A stretch of DNA of 63,650 nucleotides, counting the filler, from Reclinomonas americana ATCC 50394 (lineage: Eukaryota): the NCBI GenBank assembly GCA_048213135.1. It is 16 parts of 16 records of this genome, joined end to end, with 100 filler letters (N's around TTAATTAATTAA, not from the genome) between each part and the next. Parts side by side here need not be neighbours in the genome. Positions count along the whole stretch, not along the records: positions 26,095 to 27,643 come from AFZH01018832.1; positions 27,744 to 28,785 come from AFZH01018833.1; positions 28,886 to 29,894 come from AFZH01018834.1; positions 29,995 to 34,551 come from AFZH01018835.1; 12 more parts are not named here. One strand, written 5' to 3'. Below, in pieces: positions 26,271 to 34,651 of this stretch. Under the pieces are notes generated by a model. The model had not been told where the DNA came from and ran no database searches. It saw only the letters and a program-made list of their open reading frames with translations. The stretch's first letter is position 1. Every line of letters begins with the position of its first letter. Position numbers and translations under genes: made by a program.

Positions 26271-27552
26271 CACATGATAGCGGAGCCTATCACTTGGACG
26301 CGGAGCTGGCGCCTGGCAATGATCCGAAGTTGGACGAGCTCATTCAAATTGCGCATGATGTTCCGTCCCCTCTCCACTCGCCTCTGTGGTGTTCCTCGCA
26401 CTGAGTGGCGTGTGTAGTTTGGCGTGCCGACGTTTGCGTTGGTTCGACAGTGGGCGCTGGCGCAGAATGGTGTGTCTCCCGCCTCTTCTCTGTTTACCGG
26501 GCATTGGGTCATGACTGCTGCCTCGGTCCACCAGAGACCTTTTATGAGCAGATGATGGGTGGGATCCGGTACTTTGATGTGCGCGCGTGCTGGGATGCCA
26601 AGAGCGCGCAGTGGCGCACGTTTCACATGAGTTGCGCCCGGCGATCGTCTTGCTCAGCTCTTTAAATCTGCTCTCATGACCGCGCGACAGTCATGGGCAA
26701 CCCGATCCAGACGCTGTTGAGCGACATTCGGCGCTTCATTGATGAGCAGCCCACTGAGGTGGTAGTCGTGGAGGTTTCGCACTTGGCCGGCTCCGATGCC
26801 ACCTCACGGGCGCAGCTTGTCAGCATGATCGAGACCACGTTTTCCGGGCGGCTTTTGCCGCGCACTGCTGGCTTCATCTCTATTGCGCAAATGGTTGCCA
26901 CTCAGCAGCGCGTGATGGTGCTGTTTGAGGACGATTCGTTGGTCGCCACCCATCCGCTGCTGTGGTCGCAGGGCGGCACCACCGAGGGCTCCTACACCAA
27001 TCAGGACCAAGTAGACGAGATGATGTCCATGAATGAGCAGCGGCTGTGGCAGTACGGTGGCAACGGAAAGCTGTTTGAGTTGTCGTGGACGCTGACCACG
27101 CAGACCACGGGTTTGTTTCTCGAGATACGAAGTGTTTTTGTCGGTCCTCTCACCTCCTCTGGCAGACGTTGTGCAAACCATCGTGGATCCGTTTCACCAC
27201 CCACGCACACTGGCTGAGCTGGCCATCATCGCCGACAATGCTCTGCCCGACTTTGCTGTCACTCGCGAGAATCTGATGTTTGGCAACATCGTTACGTGCC
27301 CGATGTTTGTAGCATGCAACGGAATAGTGAACGCTGACATGGTTGCTTTGTCTGTAGCTGCTCGTGGATCAGTATGCACACTCAGTGGCTGTGGCCCTGG
27401 CCAAGGAGTTCAACGTGCGACGGTGTCTGGATGTGCCACAGTACCGGGCGCGATCGGCCAGCGGCAACGATTGCCGCAGCTGGGTTCTGTCGGGGACGCG
27501 ATCGTGCAGCGACATTGGGCAGTGGTGCCCGCTGACGTGTGGGTTGTGTTAA
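26271..27552 (+). CDS. PI-PLC X-domain protein (PLCXD-like) with C-terminal ShK-type Cys domain, 5'-partial
   Basis: HDSGAY, EQMMGGIRYFDVR, FHMIMG, DIRRFIDEQPTEVVVVEVSH; terminal C..D....C..W....C......CPLTCGLC*. Confidence 0.8.
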
Positions 27553-27605
27553 CAATTGAAGTGATGTGTTACATACATTCTGCGGGGCGGAGGGGGGGTG
27601 GGGGC

Positions 27606-27643
<38 letters not shown>

Positions 27644-27779
27644 NNNNNNNNNNNNNNNNNNNNNNNNNNNNNNNNNNNNNNNNNNNNTTAATTAATTAAN
27701 NNNNNNNNNNNNNNNNNNNNNNNNNNNNNNNNNNNNNNNNNNNTTCTCTCAACCACTGATCTAATTTAGTTTCCATATA

Positions 27780-27905
27780 TTATAATGTAACATTTTTTTT
27801 ACTCTCATCAATCTTGACATCAATAACCTTTACATCACAGCATGAACTACAAGTTGATTTACATTTTAAATTCTTGAAGAATATTTTTATTTTATTCCAG
27901 AACAT
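27780..27905 (-). CDS. 41-aa viral small protein (basic, Cys-rich)
   Basis: MFWNKIKIFFKNLKCKSTCSSCCDVKVIDVKIDESKKNVTL*, below the ORF-track cut-off. It is packed between neighbours, preceded by a TCTA/AT-rich motif, and the next ORF (METKLDQWLRE...) starts at 27776. Confidence 0.6.
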   Translation of the reverse strand: MFWNKIKIFFKNLKCKSTCSSCCDVKVIDVKIDESKKNVTL

Positions 27906-27926
27906 CTTTATACTATTATGTAGAAA

Positions 27927-28785
27927 TTAAATTACATTATTCCAAATGTAAAATGTGGCTCCAAAATATGGAAAATCTGTGAGTGTTCCGTTGCTATTAC
28001 TCCATAAATCAATTCGATAGTCTGTTCCTGTGTATACCATATTAAATGTTACATTGCTAAAACTTGATCCATTTGTGAAATCACAAGTAACTTTACCATA
28101 CATATTTGATGCTGTCGGGAACAGAGAGCCTGAACCGTCTACACAAATATTATAACCCGCAATGTATCTATAACAACCAATTTGTGTGGTTGAAGGGCTT
28201 GATGTGTTAGCAAATGTTAAAGCTGTTCCACCATCAAACCTAATTACTTCACCGTGCCAAACATTACCACTACTTGCAAACCACATTCTAACAATTCCTT
28301 TCCATGGGCTTGAAAATCCACCACCAGATGCCCAAGAATATGAGCCACTGGAATATGTTAAAACACCGTTACTTGGCGTTGTTCCCGCTATTGATGTTAA
28401 TATACTATTCAATGGTTGTTTCTCTGAATCTAGTTCATTAATGGCATTTTGTACAGTAACAGCTGATATATTTCCAGCTGGTACATTAGTGACTTGTGAT
28501 GCTGTATAATCTCCATTAGCACTAGTTATATTTCCGATTCTATTAAAAACAGTCCTTACAGCATCAGTATTATCTACTTTATCATAACCTTGAACACCAT
28601 TAGATATGCACCAATCTCCAACACTAAAAGATATACCGAATTGTGTTCCGCCATTTGTAACAATCCAGTAATACCCCAAATTAGAACTACCAGCGGTCGG
28701 TAATGCAGGGGAATCATTTTGTGCATCCCATGTTCCTTGATATTTGACATTACCAAGTAAACTATCATTAATTTGAGACAATGGG
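27927..28785 (-). CDS. phage tail-fibre-like protein, C-terminal part
   Basis: YQGTWDA, GDWCISNG..KVDNTDAV..VF.R.G.I....GDY and PAGNISAVTVQNAINELD are modules I recognise from bacteriophage fibre/structural proteins. Open to the gap. Confidence 0.65.
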
Positions 28786-28885
28786 NNNNNNNNNNNNNNN
28801 NNNNNNNNNNNNNNNNNNNNNNNNNNNNNTTAATTAATTAANNNNNNNNNNNNNNNNNNNNNNNNNNNNNNNNNNNNNNNNNNNN

Positions 28886-29894
28886 GACCCACTCGGTATC
28901 GATGGAAATGTAGCAAGGGATAAGTCACCACGAAAGTATTGTGATGTTGTTCCAGTTGTTATTGTGTTTTGTTTTCCAGATTGTAAACTAGAAATATTAC
29001 TATTAGCTGTTGTCATTTGACCTTGTAATGTTGTTATGTTACTATTAGCTGTTGCTATGCTAGATGTGTTTGATGATATATTACTATTAGCTGTTGTCAT
29101 TTGACCTTGTAATGTTGTAATGTTGCTATTAGCGGTTGATATGCTAGATGTGTTTGATGATATGTTACTATTTGCCGTACTCATTTGACCTTGTAATGTA
29201 GATATATTTGAACTATTTGTAGAGGTTGCTGAGGCTATTGAATTCAAACTATTATTACTAGTTCCATAGTTACTAACAACATCATTTGCAGAATGTATAT
29301 AACCAGAACCAGTATAGTTAATAGCTGAAATATTACCTTCATACACACTTAAAGACCCACAATTAACCTCATTACAATCAAGAATGTCACATTGAATATT
29401 GCCAGATGACTCAATAGATGTTGCATAAACTTTTGCCAAATGTGAGTCTCCTTCATCATTTGTGGCTATAGTTATATCACCATATAGTCCTGATAAATGA
29501 ATTGATTTAGCGTCAATATCTCCTGAACTATTAACGACAAAATCACCATTAGTTAATTCATTATCTTCAGTAGTATAAAGTGGTACCCAAACACCTAATC
29601 TTTTAACATAGATATCTTCAAAACTAGCTTCATTACCGCTAATATCATGGCATGTAACATCATGTACAGTCATATTACCTGTAACATCAATGTCATTATC
29701 AACGTCTAATGATGAGGCTATTAATTGCGTTGTAGCATGCATTAATGGGGCTACTACTGAGCCAGTTGTTTGGATAATAGGCAATCCAGCATTATTTGAT
29801 CCATCTAAATAAACAGTTACAGATTTAGGGTCTTCTTCATCATATAATCTAATGGCCTTTTCTGAATATAAATCACCAGTCAAGGTCCCACCAG
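28886..29894 (-). CDS. fibre-like protein fragment with trimeric coiled-coil repeats
   Basis: Open across the whole contig. Begins GGTLTGDL, has beta-rich repeats, then 28-aa (84-nt) repeats TANSNITTLQGQMTTANSNISSNTSSI and KQNTITTGTTSQYFRGD. Confidence 0.7.
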
Positions 29895-30124
29895 NNNNNN
29901 NNNNNNNNNNNNNNNNNNNNNNNNNNNNNNNNNNNNNNTTAATTAATTAANNNNNNNNNNNNNNNNNNNNNNNNNNNNNNNNNNNNNNNNNNNNACTTTA
30001 TGGGTTTTCTACGAGGTTGAAAGAGATGTTGCCCTTGCTGAAAATGTTATCCGTGTTTTCTAAATAGTTTGACGTGATATGTATCATTCTAAGTATCATT
30101 ATTGATATTTACAATGTGATGCCA

Positions 30125-30198
30125 ACTCCGATGAACACTCCGATGACAACTCCTATGACGACTCCGATGATCGGAGTGGTGATCGGAGTTCGGAAACT
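30125..30198. repeat. palindromic array of 12-bp iterons
   Basis: ACTCC(G/T)ATGA at 30125, 30137, 30149, 30161, then inverted TCGGAGT at 30171 and 30183 (plus degenerate TCGGA at 30190). The centre is ACTCCGA-TGA-TCGGAGT. Confidence 0.85.
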
Positions 30199-30509
30199 AT
30201 TAATATCTCTAGGACCATCTTCTTAGGATCTTGATGTTTTATTGTGATTTTATAATTCTCATCTATAGGTTCTTTCTCTATCTCTTTTGGTGGTTCTGTC
30301 TTCTCAGGCTCTTTTGGTGGTTCAATCTTAGGTGGTTCGATATTCAACCTACTAATATGATATTTCGATGCTAAATGCCTTTGTAAATGGACTCGAGCAA
30401 ATTTTTTTTTACATGAGTGACATTCTATTTTCTCAAGCATTTTTGTCATAATCTTTTCTTTATTCTTTTCATAATAATTTTTTGCATACTCTGTTGAATT
30501 TGTGACCAT
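30153..30509 (-). CDS. viral C2H2 zinc-finger protein
   Basis: EYAKNYYEKNKEKI...CHSCKKKFARVHLQRHLASKYH followed by EPPK repeats; typical small zinc-finger of virophages, PLVs and NCLDVs. Confidence 0.75.
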   Translation of the reverse strand: MVTNSTEYAKNYYEKNKEKIMTKMLEKIECHSCKKKFARVHLQRHLASKYHISRLNIEPPKIEPPKEPEKTEPPKEIEKEPIDENYKITIKHQDPKKMVLEILIVSELRSPLRSSESS

Positions 30510-30617
30510 ATATATATAGTATAGAAATTATTCTTTATATATAGTACGCATAAATAATTAATGAAAAATGGTTTAAAGAATAATTAATATCTTATATATA
30601 TAATATAATATATAGAA
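30510..30617. promoter_or_regulatory. divergent viral promoter
   Basis: TAAAGAATAATT followed by a TATATATA tract precedes the ATG on both strands (inverted copies at about 30526-30537 and 30574-30585). Confidence 0.6.
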
Positions 30618-33600
30618 ATGAAAACTTCTGTTATTAAAAATCTGGTTAATGGCTTGTACTCAAAGAATCTGTTATATAGTAACTTGAGAAATAATATTTT
30701 AAAATCAGTCGATAATTATTCCACATTAAGGTCTAAGAAAAATAAGACAGCATCAGATAAAAAAACACTTGTTAGATATGAGAGTGCCTTAAAAGATCGT
30801 CTTATATTGTTAAATGATTTGAAGAAATACAAAGGTCGCAAGGTAAAAACACTCAAGGACGCACGTGATAATATAATTACAGGTATATACAATGAAAATT
30901 TACCATCAACAAATGCTATTGAAAATTTCAACTCATCAGCAACATCAAATCACAAGAAAAGGGATGAATTGGACAAAGATAAAATTAATAAACGTGTCAA
31001 AGCTGAACATTATATGACATTAGATAATATCAAAGCAAAATATGGAGATGCCATTTCCAATTCATGGAAGAATGTAAGCCCTATTGAAGTAACAGAGCAA
31101 AATGAAAAATTAATTGTTAATAACATGTTGGGATTATTATCAAGTTCTGAAAAGGTCTCAGCAAATACAACTATATTTATTCAATGGAAATTGAAATACA
31201 GTGATGAAGATTATAGATATATGAAACAGCCATTTAAGTTTGCATTGAACGGTAAAAATGTAAAAGAGTTTGTTGCATATATTAGAAAAACTGTTCCTGA
31301 GAAAATCAATAATCTCACAAGCAATCCACAAAATGAAGTCTATGAAGTCAGCATTGTTGCGTTTAGATTGTTGATTGTAAAGACCCCAACTGCTGGAGGA
31401 TGTGATGGTGATTACCACAGAATTAAAATAGATAATGTTGTATTGGATAGTGTAAAGTCTGTCAAGAATAACTGTTTATCTGCATGCATAACACATAAAT
31501 TAAAAGAATTAGATAAGAACTATGTTAAACCAAATGTAAATAAATTCAGGGCTGATTGTGGATTTGAAATTGGAAAACCTATTGATATTAGTGAATTAGA
31601 TGTTGTTGCAAATTATTATAAATGTATTATTGTTTTACATGACAGTATGGGAGAAGTATTGAGTAAACATGGTAGAGAAGGACATCAGATTAATATTTGT
31701 TTCAGATATGGACATTACTATCTTATCAGTAACATTGATCCTAAAATATACAAATATTGCAAGAAATGTTGTATGCATTATTTGAAAGTACATACATGTA
31801 ATTCAACCAGATTACGCGAAATGGAACACAGGAGAAAACAAAAGGGACAAATATCAGTATCAAGCAAACTTAAAAAGAAACCTTTGAATATTAACAATAA
31901 TATATTCTTTGATTTAGAAACATTCGGCTTAGATGGTTATGAAACAGATAATTTTTCAAATCATCAAGTATATGCATGTGGTTTATGGAAAGATGGAGAA
32001 TATAAACAGAAATATGGGAAAGATTCAATTGATTTATTAACAGATGAAATTAAATCAATTTATTACGCGGATAATAAACTAAAGAAAGACAACAAGAGTT
32101 ATAATATATGTGCATATAATGGAAGTGGATTTGATTTCTATTTCTTAGTTGATATACTGATTAGCAAAGGTGCATATATTGAACCATCATCTTTTATTAT
32201 TAATCATGGTAAGTTAATTAGTTTTAAATTCAGATATGGTGGACAAAATAATAAATTGTGTAGAGTGTGGGACTTATATTTGTTCTTATTATCATCATTA
32301 AAAGATGCTGGTGATGCATTTGATATTCCGAAGGAGTTGAAAAAGATGGACTTTGATCATGAAAAAGTTAAAACATGGGATGATGTTATTAAATATAAAG
32401 ATGAGGTTGAACCATATCTTAAAAATGATGTATTGGGATTCAAGCATATATTTGAAGTTTTCTCAACATTTATTTATGATACATTCAAAGTACATATCAC
32501 TGATTTCTTGACATTGTCTCATATGACCTATCATCTTTGGGTTTCACAAAATAATTTCAATATATATTTGCCAAGTTATGAAGATTATAAATTTATTTCA
32601 CGAGCAATTTACGGCGCTAGATGTTATCCTATGCAGAAGAAATACATATCCAAACATTATGATGAAATAATAAATGCTAAAAGTGATGAAGAAAGAAAAC
32701 AAATGTACAACAAAATGGAAGATTTCATTTTCAATGGGGATATTGTATCATTGTACCCATCATCTATGAAAAATAAATATCCTGTTGGAAAGTCTAGATG
32801 GTTGACAAAAGAAGAAATTCAAAGTATTAATCTGAAAAATATCCAAGTTGGTGTTTATGAAATAAGTTATATTTGTAATAAGAAAATATTAATTCCAATC
32901 TTACCAAAACATACAAATAATGGAGGATTGTTATGGGATTTGCATGATGGAGAGGGAGTTTATACAAGTGTTGATATAGAAAATGCTTTGAAATATGGAT
33001 ATCAAATTACAATTAAATCAGGTATGGTGTGGGATGAAACTCAATCGGTATTCTCTGATTATATTGATAAAACATTTAAGATTAAGAAACAAGGTGATGA
33101 GGAATCAAACAAAGTATTGAGAGCATGTGGAAAACTTTTGATGAATGCCTTGTATGGAAAATGTCTTCAGTCAGCCATTATTTCAGATACAAAAATATGT
33201 AACAATTTGCAAGATGTTTATGATTTTATGCAAACAAATGAAATCAGTGATTGGACAAACTTTGGTGATAAAATAATGTTAACTGGAGAAACACTTGATC
33301 AATATAAACATTCTAAAGTAAATAAACCAAGACAATTAGGCGCTTTTATTCTAGGTTATTCAAGAAAGATTATGTTAGATTCAATGAGTAAAATTGATCC
33401 TACATTAAATACACATTTCTTTACATATAGCGATACAGATTCTCTACACGTTCCAAATGAATTAATTAGTAAGACAAGAGATCTTTTAGGAGAAGATTTA
33501 GGTATGATGAACAATGATATTAAAAATGGTGGACGCATCATTAAAGAATTTTGCATTAGTCCTAAATGTTACATGTATGTATATATTGATAAAGATGGAC

Positions 33601-33839
33601 ATGTTAAGACAACTATGAAATGTAAGGGTATTACTTCAAAATATTTATTCCCTGAATTATATTATGATGATAGTTTAAATAATTTAGATAAGGTAATTGA
33701 AATGAAGGGATTGAAGAAATATAGAGATGGTAATTTCAGTATTAGAAATTGTAAACAAACAAGATCATTTAATAAAACCGAATATGATAGAATGGATTGT
33801 ATAGATGGTTGTTATTATCCCAAAGGCTATATTTTCTAA
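30618..33839 (+). CDS. polB: protein-primed family B DNA polymerase (1073 aa) with N-terminal TP-like and vOTU-like regions
   Basis: Exo I FFDLETF, Exo II AYNGSGFDFYF, Exo III YLKNDV; polymerase motifs DIVSLYPSSM, KLLMNALYGK, YSDTDS, PKCY, KCKG. Intact ORF. Confidence 0.95.
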   Translation: MKTSVIKNLVNGLYSKNLLYSNLRNNILKSVDNYSTLRSKKNKTASDKKTLVRYESALKDRLILLNDLKKYKGRKVKTLKDARDNIITGIYNENLPSTNAIENFNSSATSNHKKRDELDKDKINKRVKAEHYMTLDNIKAKYGDAISNSWKNVSPIEVTEQNEKLIVNNMLGLLSSSEKVSANTTIFIQWKLKYSDEDYRYMKQPFKFALNGKNVKEFVAYIRKTVPEKINNLTSNPQNEVYEVSIVAFRLLIVKTPTAGGCDGDYHRIKIDNVVLDSVKSVKNNCLSACITHKLKELDKNYVKPNVNKFRADCGFEIGKPIDISELDVVANYYKCIIVLHDSMGEVLSKHGREGHQINICFRYGHYYLISNIDPKIYKYCKKCCMHYLKVHTCNSTRLREMEHRRKQKGQISVSSKLKKKPLNINNNIFFDLETFGLDGYETDNFSNHQVYACGLWKDGEYKQKYGKDSIDLLTDEIKSIYYADNKLKKDNKSYNICAYNGSGFDFYFLVDILISKGAYIEPSSFIINHGKLISFKFRYGGQNNKLCRVWDLYLFLLSSLKDAGDAFDIPKELKKMDFDHEKVKTWDDVIKYKDEVEPYLKNDVLGFKHIFEVFSTFIYDTFKVHITDFLTLSHMTYHLWVSQNNFNIYLPSYEDYKFISRAIYGARCYPMQKKYISKHYDEIINAKSDEERKQMYNKMEDFIFNGDIVSLYPSSMKNKYPVGKSRWLTKEEIQSINLKNIQVGVYEISYICNKKILIPILPKHTNNGGLLWDLHDGEGVYTSVDIENALKYGYQITIKSGMVWDETQSVFSDYIDKTFKIKKQGDEESNKVLRACGKLLMNALYGKCLQSAIISDTKICNNLQDVYDFMQTNEISDWTNFGDKIMLTGETLDQYKHSKVNKPRQLGAFILGYSRKIMLDSMSKIDPTLNTHFFTYSDTDSLHVPNELISKTRDLLGEDLGMMNNDIKNGGRIIKEFCISPKCYMYVYIDKDGHVKTTMKCKGITSKYLFPELYYDDSLNNLDKVIEMKGLKKYRDGNFSIRNCKQTRSFNKTEYDRMDCIDGCYYPKGYIF

Positions 33840-33850
33840 CCATATAATAT

Positions 33851-34551
33851 ATGGATAGTGTTATTAGAAAGGTTTGGGTTGATAATAATTACCCAAGTTT
33901 ATTAAAGTTATTTGATATAATGAAAAAACAAGGATATAAAATAACTGCATCACAGATAAAAGAATTTTTAAACAAACAAGAATCAAATCAGATAGGTAAA
34001 CAATATAAGAAAAGTAAGAGTTTCAATACTATTTTGGCGCCTAGCCCTGCCTATAATATGCAAATGGATATTATGGTTTATAATAGATTTGAGTTTAATA
34101 AGTATAAATATGTTTTATGTTGTATTGATGTATATAGTAGGAAGGCATATTGTGAGCCTATGACAAATAGGGAAGGTAAAACAATTTTAGAAAATGCCAA
34201 GAAAATATTTAATAAGTTCGGTAAATTCCCTATTAATTTAAACACAGATAATGAATTTAATTTTAAAGAGTTTGTTGATTATCTTGAAAAGAACAATGTT
34301 AAATTATATTTGTCATTTGCTGATGATATTATTGATAGTAAGAACAGTATTATTGAAAGATTTCATAGGACATTAGCTGGAATGATGAAGAGATATAGAG
34401 ATAATACCAAGGATTATAATTGGAGTAGTTGGATAAATAAAATAGTTGATTCATATAATAATCAATATCATAGGACTGTTGATGCTACCCCTAATGAAAT
34501 ATGGAATGGAGCCGAACCAAATCAGAAAATAAATAAAGTTGAGAGTAAATA
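33851..34551 (+). CDS. retroviral-type (rve) DDE integrase, 3'-truncated by the gap
   Basis: MQMDIM (D), YVLCCIDVYSRKAY, LNTDNEF (D), IIERFHRTL (E), YNNQYHRTVDATP; Polinton/mavirus-type integrase. Confidence 0.93.
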
Positions 34552-34651
34552 NNNNNNNNNNNNNNNNNNNNNNNNNNNNNNNNNNNNNNNNNNNNTTAAT
34601 TAATTAANNNNNNNNNNNNNNNNNNNNNNNNNNNNNNNNNNNNNNNNNNNN

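Larger units (their letters stand above)
27744..34551. mobile_element. Polinton/Maverick- or mavirus-like dsDNA virus segment (three AT-rich contigs; possibly endogenous)
   Basis: Abrupt AT-rich, intronless, densely packed ORFs: protein-primed PolB, rve integrase, C2H2 zinc finger and fibre-like genes. No capsid, packaging ATPase or terminal inverted repeats are visible in the window. Confidence 0.88.

Noticed and set aside
30125..30198. CRISPR-like array
   Set aside because: Units are 12 bp with no unique spacers, and there are no cas genes.
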